Origin: an uncultured Thiomicrospira sp.
GTDB lineage: Bacteria; Pseudomonadota; Gammaproteobacteria; CAKMZV01
Assembly: GCA_965195345.1 (NCBI GenBank)
Contig: OZ239628.1
Span: forward strand, 1,664,001 to 1,728,000
DNA: 64,000 nucleotides
Direction of reading: 5' to 3'
Position 1 is the stretch's first letter; every line of letters starts with the position of its first letter. The notes under the pieces are model-generated. The model was not told the DNA's origin, did not search any database, and saw only the letters and a list, made by a program, of their open reading frames with translations. The translations under genes were made by a program, and so were the position numbers. Of the stretch, positions 1-9,881 are shown piece by piece.

Positions 1-4
1 TGCA

Positions 5-535
5 ATGAATCGTTATGTTAATTTTTCCATAGTAACAAAGGAAGCGCTTGATTATTGCAATCTTGCTTTTAATAATGTATTGAATGCGAAGCAAAAAGAA
101 GAGTTAATGCATCATTATTCCGAATTACCTGCTTTTCAAGACGTTGAAAAATGTTTAACATCAATCAAGGGGAGAGTGCGTATATTTGCTTTTTCTAATG
201 GCACGCATTCGGCCATTAACTTTATGCTACAAAAAGCTGCAATTGATGGCTTTTTTGATGGTGTTGTTAGTGTTGATAGTGTCAGCGTTTTCAAACCACA
301 TCCTGCTACTTATGAACATTTTTTGAATTGCACCAAGTCTCAAAATAACACAGCAATACTTGTATCGTCTAACCCTTTCGACATCATTGGTGCAAAGTCA
401 AAGGGATTACATGCAATATGGGTAAAGCGCAATCAAAATAATTATTTCGATCCTTGGACCGAATCCGCATTTATACCTGATCAAACAATTCATTCACTTA
501 GTGATCTTTCGAAGGTGCTTGAAACATTCTCATAA
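5..535 (+). CDS. Haloacid dehalogenase type II (HAD family), probably 5'-truncated by the window edge
   Basis: FSNG, FKPHPATY and LVSSNPFDIIGAK motifs. The N-terminal DxxGT motif is absent, so the true start probably lies upstream of base 1. Confidence 0.8.
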   Translation: MNRYVNFSIVTKEALDYCNLAFNNVLNAKQKEELMHHYSELPAFQDVEKCLTSIKGRVRIFAFSNGTHSAINFMLQKAAIDGFFDGVVSVDSVSVFKPHPATYEHFLNCTKSQNNTAILVSSNPFDIIGAKSKGLHAIWVKRNQNNYFDPWTESAFIPDQTIHSLSDLSKVLETFS

Positions 536-652
536 TTGACATTCAAACGCGAAACAAGAAACAATACAGCATTAAGCGCAGAAACTTACTAACTTCTTGA
601 TTTATAACAATCAACTTTATTTCATGTACTTAAACATAATGTGAAATATGCA

Positions 653-681
653 TTGCGCTTTTTTCTAAAAAAAGAGATAAT
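653..681 (+). promoter_or_regulatory. Sigma70-type promoter upstream of the fba operon
   Basis: TTGCGC (653-658), 17 bp spacer, GATAAT (676-681), followed by a GC-rich discriminator-like GCGGACGC. Confidence 0.5.
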
Positions 682-789
682 GCGGACGCTAAGAAATAAC
701 AACCAATTTTTGATATTTTTAAATAGATGCTATATATTCTATCACAATTAAATTAATGAAAATTTAACAACAATTCAAATTTATATATT

Positions 790-1854
790 ATGCTAATCTC
801 ACTCAGACAACTCATGGATTATGCGGCTGAAAATCATTTCGGGATGCCTGCATTTAATGTAAACAACCTTGAACAAGTTAAAGCAATCATGCAAGCTGCA
901 GACAAGATGAATTCGCCTGTTATTTTGCAAGGTTCGGCTGGTGCACGCAAGTACGCAGGACCTATTTTCTTGCGCCACTTGGTTGAAGCTGCTTGTGAGG
1001 CATATCCTCACATTCCAGTAGTTATGCATTTAGATCATGGAAACAATATGAACTCGTGTTTATCCGCTATTCAATCTGGATTTTCTTCTGTTATGATGGA
1101 TGGTTCCCTTAAGGAAGACCAAAAAACTCCAGCCTCCTATGAATACAATGTGAACGTTTCTGCAGAAGTAACACGAATGGCACATACAGTTGGCGTTTCA
1201 GTTGAAGGTGAGCTCGGTTGTTTGGGCTCTTTAGAGACTGGCGAGATGGGAGAAGAAGACGGGCACGGTGCGGAGGGCGCGTTAGATATGGATATGCTGC
1301 TCACTGATGTTAACGAAGCCGCCGACTTTGTGGCGAAAACAAATATCGACTGTCTTGCAATAGCTATAGGCACTTCTCATGGCGCTTACAAATTCACACG
1401 CAAACCAGACGGGGCAATACTGCGCATTGATCGTGTTAAAGAAATTCATAAACGCATTCCAACGACGCATTTAGTAATGCATGGTTCTTCCGCTGTACCA
1501 CAAGATTGGCTTGAAATAATTAACACTTACGGAGGGGAAATAGGGCAAACATACGGAGTACCCGTAGATGAAGTTATAGAAGGCATAAAAAATGGCGTTC
1601 GCAAGGTAAATATTGACACCGACCTACGTATGGCCTCCACCGGTTCAATTCGAAAACATATGGCAGAAAATACCAAGAATTTTGATCCGAGAAAATATCT
1701 TGCAGAAGCCACGAAAGGCATGCAATCTATTTGTGAATCACGTTTTGAAGCATTTGGAACTGCTGGACATGCTGATAAGATTCGCCCGATATCTCTAAAC
1801 GACATGTCTGAGCGTTACGCTTCAGGAACTTTAGATCAATCTATATCTCAATAA
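790..1854 (+). CDS. fba: Fructose-bisphosphate aldolase class II (CbbA/Fba subtype)
   Basis: [42 protein letters not shown] and KVNIDTDLR motifs. Confidence 0.97.
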   Translation: MLISLRQLMDYAAENHFGMPAFNVNNLEQVKAIMQAADKMNSPVILQGSAGARKYAGPIFLRHLVEAACEAYPHIPVVMHLDHGNNMNSCLSAIQSGFSSVMMDGSLKEDQKTPASYEYNVNVSAEVTRMAHTVGVSVEGELGCLGSLETGEMGEEDGHGAEGALDMDMLLTDVNEAADFVAKTNIDCLAIAIGTSHGAYKFTRKPDGAILRIDRVKEIHKRIPTTHLVMHGSSAVPQDWLEIINTYGGEIGQTYGVPVDEVIEGIKNGVRKVNIDTDLRMASTGSIRKHMAENTKNFDPRKYLAEATKGMQSICESRFEAFGTAGHADKIRPISLNDMSERYASGTLDQSISQ

Positions 1855-1856
1855 AT

Positions 1857-2681
1857 ATGTTTAAAAAACTTTTGCAAATTGTACTGCTTACTACTCTGAG
1901 CACATATGTGTATGCAGTTACTGACAACGTTTCTAATGCCTGCAAAATGCTGTCAGATAAGTTGCAAAGTGTTACCTATAGTTCTTGTATAAATATAGAT
2001 TTTTCAGATAAATCGTACTTGTCGGTAAAAAAAAGACCAATCCTCTACAAAGAATATCCTCCCAAAAAACGCAAACCTAGAGCAAGAGTTTTGTTTTTAG
2101 GCGGCATTCACGGTGACGAATTAAGCGCCTTTTCGGTTAGTCTCAAATGGATGGCAATTCTCAAAAAATTTCATTCTGGCTTATTCCATTGGGTGTTTTT
2201 GCCTGCTTTGAATATTGACGGGCTCTTAGCAAAAAAACCAACTCGATTTAATGCAAATGGTGTGGATTTAAATCGTAATTTCCCTCCAAGTGACGGAGAA
2301 CAGGCTGCATTCAACTATTGGGTCAACACGACAAACCGAGACAAGAGGCGTTACCCAGGACCCTATTCCGTAAGTGAGCCAGAAACTCAAGTGGTAATGG
2401 ATTTAATCGAATCATTTAAACCAGATATCATTGTGAGCTTACATGCTCCTCTTGGGATTATTGATTTTGATGGTGCTTACTTAAAAAATCCTGGCAAATT
2501 TGGAAACTTACATCTCCATCTTTTAGGGACATATCCTGGTTCACTCGGCAACTATGGATGGAAAAAAATAAGGGTTCCGGTTATAACTATAGAACTACCA
2601 CACGCAGGATCTATACCTACAAGTAAAGAAATTTTGCGCATATGGTCTGATTTGATCCGTTGGCTAAAAAATACTACTTAA
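1857..2681 (+). CDS. M14 zinc carboxypeptidase, MpaA-like murein peptide amidase, with predicted signal peptide
   Basis: GGIHGDE (HxxE), RFNANGVDLNRNF, SEPET, SLH and TIELP motifs. N-terminus MFKKLLQIVLLTTLSTYVYA resembles a Sec signal. Confidence 0.85.
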   Translation: MFKKLLQIVLLTTLSTYVYAVTDNVSNACKMLSDKLQSVTYSSCINIDFSDKSYLSVKKRPILYKEYPPKKRKPRARVLFLGGIHGDELSAFSVSLKWMAILKKFHSGLFHWVFLPALNIDGLLAKKPTRFNANGVDLNRNFPPSDGEQAAFNYWVNTTNRDKRRYPGPYSVSEPETQVVMDLIESFKPDIIVSLHAPLGIIDFDGAYLKNPGKFGNLHLHLLGTYPGSLGNYGWKKIRVPVITIELPHAGSIPTSKEILRIWSDLIRWLKNTT

Positions 2682-2684
2682 TCC

Positions 2685-3542
2685 ATGCGTAAATTTTTAT
2701 TTTTTTTAGCATTCGTCACCGCTTCTTCTTTTGCCAGTGTTTCAGAAGATTTTCAATCTGCCATTCTCGAATACGAGCGTAAAGATTATCGTGTTGCTGA
2801 GAAAGAGTTTTCTAAAATAAATCACAGTAAATGGTTGCCTTTAGCCAAAAATAATCAAGCCGTCAGCCAATACAATCAAGGAAATTTAGAAGGCAGCATT
2901 CTGACATGGAGAACTTTCTTACAAACTCAGCATGAATGTAGAGACTCCTTTAATAACTTAAATGCAGTTTATGCTCAAGAGTCGGCAAAATCTGTTGCTA
3001 AGTTAACCCAATCAAAAGTGCCATCAAAACCTCGATTAACTATTAGCAGAGCCCCCATAGAATCTGTTGCCTTAGTGGACACAGAGAAGAAAAAACAAAG
3101 CATCCCTAAAAACAAGAAGCTAATTAATGCTTCTCAAGCAACAAAAAATGAAGCTATTCCTGTGAAGTCAAATGTACAAGATGCTGAAAGAGAAAAAATA
3201 CTAGTCGCCGTGCAAGACTGGCGGAACAATTGGAAAAAAGGCGATATTAATGAATATTTAAGTGCTTATTTTCCTAAGCACTCACCAAAACCAAATTTCA
3301 AATATGCACAGTGGCGTGCAGATCGAAAGAAAAAAATATGGCCTGGTCGTATTAGTGAACTTAAAATAACGAATCTTAAATTAAAAATAGCAAAAGATTT
3401 TGAAACAGCCGATATTATTTTTGAACAATCGTACAAATCAGAGACAGTAAATGATTCAGTTAAAAAACTGTTAACTATGAAAAAAAACAACGGACGATGG
3501 TTAATTTATCAAGAATTCGTAATCGGCAGACCAACGCAATGA
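2685..3542 (+). CDS. Exported TPR protein with C-terminal NTF2-like (Csd6/Cds6-type) domain, no catalytic YkuD domain
   Basis: Signal peptide, TPR-like NNQAV..Y and FNNLNAVYA segments, Lys-rich linker, C-terminal WRNNW..GD...YLSAY...WLIYQE. Confidence 0.7.
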   Translation: MRKFLFFLAFVTASSFASVSEDFQSAILEYERKDYRVAEKEFSKINHSKWLPLAKNNQAVSQYNQGNLEGSILTWRTFLQTQHECRDSFNNLNAVYAQESAKSVAKLTQSKVPSKPRLTISRAPIESVALVDTEKKKQSIPKNKKLINASQATKNEAIPVKSNVQDAEREKILVAVQDWRNNWKKGDINEYLSAYFPKHSPKPNFKYAQWRADRKKKIWPGRISELKITNLKLKIAKDFETADIIFEQSYKSETVNDSVKKLLTMKKNNGRWLIYQEFVIGRPTQ

Positions 3543-3549
3543 TTTAAAC

Positions 3550-4698
3550 ATGCATTCACTCAAATCGTTATCTCTTACATTTATTCTTATTTCATCGTTT
3601 GCTACAACTCTTAGTTTTGCGAACGATATCGATAATAAATTTAAATCTGCTGTAAATACTTCGCTGAATGGTCAGTTAGATACTTCCAGAGAGTTGTTTG
3701 ATCAAATAACTAAAGAACAAGATAACTTTTTTTTGGGCCATTGGCTAAGAAGTTCAATTTACGCCACACTGAGTGGTCAGCCATTACCCAAAATAAAAAT
3801 GCAAGGAAAGTTAAAAGAAGAACTGCAAACGCGTTTTAAACTTTGGCAAGATGATGACAAAATCGCTGTCCCTGATGAAGTTTACTTTATCTCTGAAAAA
3901 GTACCTTTTCTAATTGCTGTTGATTCAAAGATAAATCGATTAGTGTTATATAAAAATACCACTAATGGATTGCAAATAATGCATGATTACTACACATCTA
4001 TAGGTAGAAATGGCGCTGGAAAGCAAAAAGAAGGCGATTTGCGCACACCGATTGGAGTGTATTTTATAAATAGTTTCATAACCGATGATCGCTTGGCAAG
4101 GCGATATGGAACTGGAGCATTCCCGCTTAATTATCCTAACATTTGGGATAAATATAACAATAGAACGGGCAGTGGAATATGGTTGCACGGCACTGATCCA
4201 AATACATATTCCCGCCCTCCTTTAGACAGCGGTGGTTGTATTACTCTATCCAACAATCAAATACTGGATTTGCGCAAAATAACATCAAATATAAATTCAC
4301 CCCTTCCTATATTAGTAGGCCATCCTATTCGTTGGACTAATAAAGCAACTAAGCAAAATTTGAAAGATAAAGTTCATTTCGAACAGCATTGGGAACGATG
4401 GAAAAAAGCAATGGACAAATCAGATTGGCCGATACTCTCTCAATTCTATTCTCGCGATAAATTCAACATGCAGACAAAACATTTTGACCAATGGCGAACC
4501 AAACAAGTACGTCTTAATCAAACAGGATTTTATAAAAGTAAAGTTGAACCAAGACTTATTATTGCTTACAGCAATAATTCTGCCATCATCGTTGATTACG
4601 CTCGCACCACTCAGCAAGGAGAGAAAAAAATCCGTCAATATTGGAAAAAAACACCTGAAGGGTGGTTAATTATTTATGAGAATATAGTTCGAACGTAA
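3550..4698 (+). CDS. YkuD-family L,D-peptidase (Csd6/Pgp2/DpaA-like) with C-terminal NTF2-like domain
   Basis: KQKEGDLRTPIGVY, LNYPN and IWLHG...SGGCITLSN (catalytic His/Cys) motifs. Signal peptide. C-terminal W..W.KA...WLIIYE. Confidence 0.85.
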   Translation: MHSLKSLSLTFILISSFATTLSFANDIDNKFKSAVNTSLNGQLDTSRELFDQITKEQDNFFLGHWLRSSIYATLSGQPLPKIKMQGKLKEELQTRFKLWQDDDKIAVPDEVYFISEKVPFLIAVDSKINRLVLYKNTTNGLQIMHDYYTSIGRNGAGKQKEGDLRTPIGVYFINSFITDDRLARRYGTGAFPLNYPNIWDKYNNRTGSGIWLHGTDPNTYSRPPLDSGGCITLSNNQILDLRKITSNINSPLPILVGHPIRWTNKATKQNLKDKVHFEQHWERWKKAMDKSDWPILSQFYSRDKFNMQTKHFDQWRTKQVRLNQTGFYKSKVEPRLIIAYSNNSAIIVDYARTTQQGEKKIRQYWKKTPEGWLIIYENIVRT

Positions 4699-4701
4699 AT
4701 T

Positions 4702-5250
4702 GTGGATATAAATTGGATAGATTGGGCTGACATACACGTATCATCAAAATATAACTTGCGTCCTCCAAATACGACAGTTGACTTGGTGGTGATACATGGC
4801 ATAAATATTGGACAATTTGGTGATCCACATATTGTCAATCTACTTGCAGGGAAAAGATGCACAGAGAGCAATGAAATACTTGATGATCTCGCAGACTCGA
4901 ACGTTTCATGCCATTTTCTAATTCGCCGAAATGGAGAGACATTGCAATTCGTGCCTTTATACGCCAGAGCTTGGCATGCAGGCATTTCTTCATTTCACGA
5001 AAGAAAAAACTGTAATGATTTCTCAGTTGGCATAGAACTTGAAGGAACCGACCACACGCCCTACTCTCCTGCACAATATTATGGATTAAATCGTTTGTTG
5101 CTAGCCTTATCAGAGAAGTTACCTATACGCCATGTTGCAACACATGCTCAAGTAGCTCCTGAACGTAAAACAGATCCAGGAGTTGCATTTGAATGGTCGC
5201 CACTGGAAAATACTTTGAAAAAATTAAACCTCACATGGAAAAATCAGTGA
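4702..5250 (+). CDS. ampD: 1,6-anhydro-N-acetylmuramyl-L-alanine amidase AmpD
   Basis: VVIH, VSCHFLIRR, RAWHAG, CNDFSVGIELEG and APERKTDPG motifs. GTG start. Confidence 0.92.
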   Translation: MDINWIDWADIHVSSKYNLRPPNTTVDLVVIHGINIGQFGDPHIVNLLAGKRCTESNEILDDLADSNVSCHFLIRRNGETLQFVPLYARAWHAGISSFHERKNCNDFSVGIELEGTDHTPYSPAQYYGLNRLLLALSEKLPIRHVATHAQVAPERKTDPGVAFEWSPLENTLKKLNLTWKNQ

Positions 5251-5345
5251 TAATGACGCCCCCGATTTGGGCTAGTGCTTTTGTAAGTCAAAATAGCTAA
5301 CTCCATGCCCATTTAACGGAATAAATTAAAATTTCAGGAATTGTT

Positions 5346-5663
5346 ATGCTCTTCAACATACTCATCTTTGTTCAGATTATCACCGCAGTAAGTATGGTAA
5401 CCCTCATCATGCTACAACACGGAAAGGGCGCTGATGCAGGCCCCGCATTAAGTGGTGGTTCTCAAAGCTTTTTTGGCAGTGGCGGCGGAGCAAATGTCCT
5501 ATCCCGAATTACTGCTATTCTTGCATTTGTTTTTATTGTCAACAGCTTGGCAATTACTGCATTATCCAGTAATACTGAGCGGTCTTTGGATAGCGTAGTA
5601 ACAGAGTCGTTACTGCTTGATGAGGAACCTCAAGAAAATGAAAGCATTCCAAGACCTGAATAA
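5346..5663 (+). CDS. secG: Preprotein translocase subunit SecG
   Basis: LQHGKGADAG...FGS...LSRITAILA, and followed by tRNA-Leu as is typical. Confidence 0.95.
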   Translation: MLFNILIFVQIITAVSMVTLIMLQHGKGADAGPALSGGSQSFFGSGGGANVLSRITAILAFVFIVNSLAITALSSNTERSLDSVVTESLLLDEEPQENESIPRPE

Positions 5664-5702
5664 CAATTGCCTGAATGGCGATTAATTGCCTGATGAAGAT
5701 TG

Positions 5703-5787
5703 GCCGACGTGGTGGAATTGGTAGACACGCTGTCTTGAGGGGGCAGTGGGGCAACCCGTGCCGGTTCGACTCCGGCCGTCGGCACCA
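5703..5787 (+). tRNA. tRNA-Leu (anticodon GAG)
   Basis: GCCGACG/CGTCGGC acceptor stem, anticodon arm CTGTC-TTGAGGG-GGCAG, long variable arm, GGTTCGACTCC T-arm, encoded CCA. Confidence 0.97.
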
Positions 5788-5801
5788 TAACTATTTATAA
5801 T

Positions 5802-7598
5802 ATGTCAAAAAATTTTGAAATTCCTTCAGATTTACCTGAAGACATTGAAGCTTCCATTCTTGAATCGCTAATTGAATTAGGGAAGGATCGGGGCGTTGTT
5901 AGTTTATTGGATATTGAAGATCAATTTGAAGAGCTCCCTATTGATCCTGATTCATTAGAATATCTCATCGTTACGCTTGAAGATAATAATATTATAGTCA
6001 CTGAAGAATCCATTCTTGAAGAAGATGTGTTCGGCGAAGGAAAACCGCGCGAAGAAAAAAGGAATGCTGATGAGGAAAGTGACCCTCGAACTCAAGAATC
6101 TGAGTTAGCATCTATTGCTAATGAACTTGGACGGACTACCGATCCAACACGTATGTATATGCGTGAAATGGGAATAAACAATCTTCTTACACGCACAGAA
6201 GAAGTGACCATAGCCCGAAATCTTGAGTCCAGCAAAAAATCATTCCACGAAAAACTGTACCAGTATCCAAGGATACGGCACTTGTTTTTGCAAGAGTATG
6301 AAAACATTAAATTGCAAGAACATAAAGTTGGTGATTTGATCAGTGGTTTAGCTTGGCCCGATGATAGTGATATGTCTGTTAAAGATTATCTTGAACAACT
6401 AAGCAAGGAAGAGGATGATAGATTTGAAATAATTTCTTACAAATCGAATGAGCTTCATGATTTTGTTGACCGCCTTACAAAGACCAAAAATAGTAAAGAG
6501 CATGGAGACATTTTCAGAGAAGTTCGACTTTCCAATGTATTCATTCGTAAAGTAGTTACTGACATGGCCGAATTTATCAATAAAATTCGTGAAAAAGAAA
6601 CTCAAATTCGTGAAACTTTGATTGGTAAATTGTGTTTTGATCGCAAAGAAGTAATCACTGCTTATAATACAGCTGAAGATTACGTTACTTGGTTTGACGG
6701 TCTGCTCAAAAACCTTACGTTAAAAACACCAAACGATAGCTACTATATACAATACATTCGACACGCTCATTTAGACATTCTTAAAATTGCTGAAAAAACC
6801 AATCTCTCTGCTTTCACTTTGAAAAACTTACATCAAGAGCTGAAAGTACATGACCAAGAAACTCAAAAGTTTAAAGATCAAATGACAGGGGCAAACCTTC
6901 GTCTAGTTATATCTATAGCAAAGAAGTACAGTAATCGTGGCTTACAATTTCTTGATGTGATTCAAGAAGGTAATATTGGCTTGATGAAAGCCGTTGATAA
7001 GTTTGAATTTAGACGTGGTTATAAGTTTTCAACATATGCAACCTGGTGGATACGACAAGCAATAACACGTTCCATTGCTGATCAGGCTCGAACCGTCCGC
7101 GTCCCTGTGCATATGATTGAAACCATCAATAAAATGAAAAAAATGCAGACAAAACTGCTGCAAGAGCATGGTCGTTCTCCAAACGTAGAAGAGCTCGCCG
7201 AGGCAATGGAAATGCCTCCTGCAAAAATACAGCAAATCTTTAGGATTTCACTTGAGCCAAGCTCTATTGATGCGCCCATCGGAGATGATGAAGACTCTTC
7301 TCTCGGTGACTTTATTGCTGATGATAACTTAGCGTCACCTCAGGCAGCAGCAGAACAACAAGGATTGGATGAAATGATTGAGTCATTGCTTGGTGAGCTC
7401 AGCAAACGTGAAATTGATGTTGTTAAAATGCGCTTTGGCATTGGAACTCCAACGGAATATACTCTTGAAGAAGTCGGGCGTCAATATAGCGTAACTCGAG
7501 AAAGGATTCGCCAGATTGAAGCAAAGGCATTAAAGAAGTTACGACACCCAATGCGGATTGATCGCTTACGTAGTTTTTTACGTGATAAATCCGACTAA
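5802..7598 (+). CDS. rpoD: RNA polymerase primary sigma factor RpoD
   Basis: [53 protein letters not shown] and [13 protein letters not shown] motifs. Confidence 0.98.
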   Translation: MSKNFEIPSDLPEDIEASILESLIELGKDRGVVSLLDIEDQFEELPIDPDSLEYLIVTLEDNNIIVTEESILEEDVFGEGKPREEKRNADEESDPRTQESELASIANELGRTTDPTRMYMREMGINNLLTRTEEVTIARNLESSKKSFHEKLYQYPRIRHLFLQEYENIKLQEHKVGDLISGLAWPDDSDMSVKDYLEQLSKEEDDRFEIISYKSNELHDFVDRLTKTKNSKEHGDIFREVRLSNVFIRKVVTDMAEFINKIREKETQIRETLIGKLCFDRKEVITAYNTAEDYVTWFDGLLKNLTLKTPNDSYYIQYIRHAHLDILKIAEKTNLSAFTLKNLHQELKVHDQETQKFKDQMTGANLRLVISIAKKYSNRGLQFLDVIQEGNIGLMKAVDKFEFRRGYKFSTYATWWIRQAITRSIADQARTVRVPVHMIETINKMKKMQTKLLQEHGRSPNVEELAEAMEMPPAKIQQIFRISLEPSSIDAPIGDDEDSSLGDFIADDNLASPQAAAEQQGLDEMIESLLGELSKREIDVVKMRFGIGTPTEYTLEEVGRQYSVTRERIRQIEAKALKKLRHPMRIDRLRSFLRDKSD

Positions 7599-7659
7599 AA
7601 AATTCATCATCCGAAAATAAAATAACGCGGCTCTGTGTGCGTAATCTGTTGTTGCAGCT

Positions 7660-7995
7660 CTAGGCGTTTCGCAAACTAAAACTTTCTCCACAGCCACAAC
7701 TGTCTATGACATTCGGATTTTGAAAATCAAACCCTTGATTTAATAAATTGTCTTTTGTAAATCCTATTTCCATTCCATCTAAATGAGGTAGGCTTTTTTG
7801 ATTAACAACAACCGATGCTCCATGACTAACGAACACTTGGTCATTTTCATCGATTTGATCAGCATAATCAACAACGTACGCAAACCCTGTGCATCCACTA
7901 ACTCTTATGCCCAAACGTAAACCTACACCATACCCTCTTTGCTCTAATTTTTTCAGAACATGTTCAGCAGCATCTATTGATAAAGTTACAGACAT
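7660..7995 (-). CDS. iscA: A-type Fe-S cluster carrier (IscA/HesB family)
   Basis: SGCTGFAY and NPNVIDSCGCGESF motifs. Confidence 0.9.
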   Translation of the reverse strand: MSVTLSIDAAEHVLKKLEQRGYGVGLRLGIRVSGCTGFAYVVDYADQIDENDQVFVSHGASVVVNQKSLPHLDGMEIGFTKDNLLNQGFDFQNPNVIDSCGCGESFSLRNA

Positions 7996-8051
7996 TTGAA
8001 TTATTTCCTAATTGCGTTATTAATACTATAAAATCAATTTATTTTACGTGT

Positions 8052-8069
8052 TGTAAATTATACGTTACA
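8052..8069 (-). promoter_or_regulatory. Putative iscA -10 box inside a TGTAA-N8-TTACA inverted repeat
   Basis: Minus strand reads TGTAACG-TATAAT-TTACA, about 60 bp upstream of the iscA start. Confidence 0.4.
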
Positions 8070-8335
8070 CTTTGTGAAAACAGACAATTTTTGTGATTTT
8101 TTGTAAAAAAACCATGCAACAAAACTCCGTCATTGACCAATTTTTACACCACTTCTCCTCTTTGATTAATATAGATGCAACCTTACTCAATGCATCCTTG
8201 TGCATATAATTTCACACACTACTTTAGCCGTTTTTTCTAGAATGGGAGGGTACACAGAGATTGTATGAAATGCTAAAAATCCAACAACATAACCATCAAT
8301 TATCAGCAAATTGAAGCTATATGGAACAAGTTTAG

Positions 8336-8411
8336 TGGTGCCCAGGGGCGGAATCGAACCACCGACACGAGGATTTTCAGTCCACTGCTCTACCGACTGA
8401 GCTACCTGGGC
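8336..8411 (-). tRNA. tRNA-Phe (anticodon GAA)
   Basis: Reverse complement reads GCCCAGGTAGCTCAGTCGGTAGAGCAGTGGACTGAAAATCCTCGTGTCGGTGGTTCGATTCCGCCCCTGGGCACCA, 76 nt. Confidence 0.97.
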
Positions 8412-8555
8412 GAAAGCGCGAGCGTATTGTACCTTTTTATTAAACATGCTGTTGCATAAACAACCGACTAATCAACTGACTTAAAAAAATATCTATACTA
8501 TTGACATTGTGCAACTCTCATCGAACTTATTTGTCAAATTTCTTTATCGAACTAT

Positions 8556-9632
8556 TTACCGAATCTTCAAACTTGCCAATCCAACAAGAACAAGTAACAA
8601 GGTAATAATCCAAAATCGAACGATTATTTTTGGTTCTGCCCACCCAAGCAATTCAAAATGATGGTGCAATGGTGCCATACGGAATATGCGCTTTCCACGT
8701 AATTTATACGACCCAACTTGGAGTATAACAGAGAGCGTTTCAGCAACAAAAATACCACTCATAACCAAGAACACCAATTCCTGACGAACAAGGATGGCTA
8801 TTATTCCTAGCGCACCACCTAAGGAAAGAGAACCGACATCACCCATAAACACTTGTGCAGGATAGGAGTTAAACCAAAGAAACCCTAGTCCTGCTCCAAT
8901 AATAGAGCAACATAAAATAGCTATTTCAGAATTTCCTTCTATGTAGGGAATAGAGAGATATTCTGAAAAATAAAAATGCCCGCTTACATAGGCAAACACA
9001 CACAATGCACCGGTGATAAGCACCGTTGGCAATATCGCCAACCCATCCAAACCATCAGTCAAATTAACTGCATTGGCAGATCCAACCAACACAAAATAAG
9101 ACAAAATAACGAATCCAAATCCAATAGGAAGTACGGTATCTTTGGTGTAAGGAATGAGTAGTTCCCACGAGGAATCGCTGCTCATGAAAAGATACATTGC
9201 TGTCATGAGTGCCAATACTGACAACATCAAATACTTTGCGCGAGCGCTTAGTCCTTTGCTTGAGTTTGAGATGGTTTTTTTCCAATCATCAACAAAACCA
9301 ACCGTCGCAAACCCACAAATTACGAATAAACATACCCATACATTTTCGTTGCTCAAGTCACACCAAAGCAGTACTGATATAACAATGGAAATTATTATAA
9401 GAAGCCCACCCATCGTAGGCGTTCCACTTTTTATTTGATGCGAACTTGGTCCATCTTCGCGAATATGCTGTCTAAAGTTTAATCCTTGTAAAAACACTAT
9501 CATTTTCGCGCCAAAAATCCACGAAACACTCAAGGCGGTTAATGCGGCAAGAATGGCTCGAAGCGTAACATAGCGAAATACTAATAAATCACTCTCGTAT
9601 TGGCTAAAAGCTTCGATTAGATAATAGATCAT
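8556..9632 (-). CDS. mraY: Phospho-N-acetylmuramoyl-pentapeptide transferase
   Basis: KSGTPTMGG, NAVNLTDGLDGL, VFMGDVGS and MAPLHHHFE motifs. Start placed at MIYY (ORF track gives 9647). Confidence 0.97.
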   Translation of the reverse strand: MIYYLIEAFSQYESDLLVFRYVTLRAILAALTALSVSWIFGAKMIVFLQGLNFRQHIREDGPSSHQIKSGTPTMGGLLIIISIVISVLLWCDLSNENVWVCLFVICGFATVGFVDDWKKTISNSSKGLSARAKYLMLSVLALMTAMYLFMSSDSSWELLIPYTKDTVLPIGFGFVILSYFVLVGSANAVNLTDGLDGLAILPTVLITGALCVFAYVSGHFYFSEYLSIPYIEGNSEIAILCCSIIGAGLGFLWFNSYPAQVFMGDVGSLSLGGALGIIAILVRQELVFLVMSGIFVAETLSVILQVGSYKLRGKRIFRMAPLHHHFELLGWAEPKIIVRFWIITLLLVLVGLASLKIR

Positions 9633-9881
9633 ACTATTTTTTCTCAATTTGAGGTTTGAATCAATTTTACTTTAACTTTAATCAAAATATACTTGATATT
9701 TCTATATTATTCTTATTTATTTTTACAAAATCCATTTAATAAATTGCATCGACACATTGCGCATCATCTTAAGTTACTAAAGTATTGATTTACATCATCG
9801 TCAGCCCTTATGCATCAAAATTTAAAAATTGTTCCATGTTACAATTCACGCCCTAAAAAATCTTTAAATTCCTCTACAAAA

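Noticed and set aside
790-1854. CbbA-type aldolase as evidence of autotrophy
   Set aside because: This subtype also occurs in heterotrophic proteobacteria, and no other Calvin-cycle genes are in the window.
5267-5311. Imperfect hairpin upstream of secG (TGGGC...TTTTG-TAAGT-CAAAA...GCCCA)
   Set aside because: The stem is interrupted, there is no U-tract and it matches no RNA family I know, so it cannot be supported as a feature.
5554-5754. 66 aa minus-strand ORF
   Set aside because: Antisense to the secG end and tRNA-Leu.
7996-8335. Possible integrative element at the tRNA-Phe 3' end
   Set aside because: No integrase and no duplicated tRNA 3' end seen. The gap is better explained as the iscA promoter region.
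8187-8447. 86 aa minus-strand ORF (AQVAQSVEQWTENPRVGGSIP...)
   Set aside because: It is the translation of the tRNA-Phe gene, a shadow ORF.
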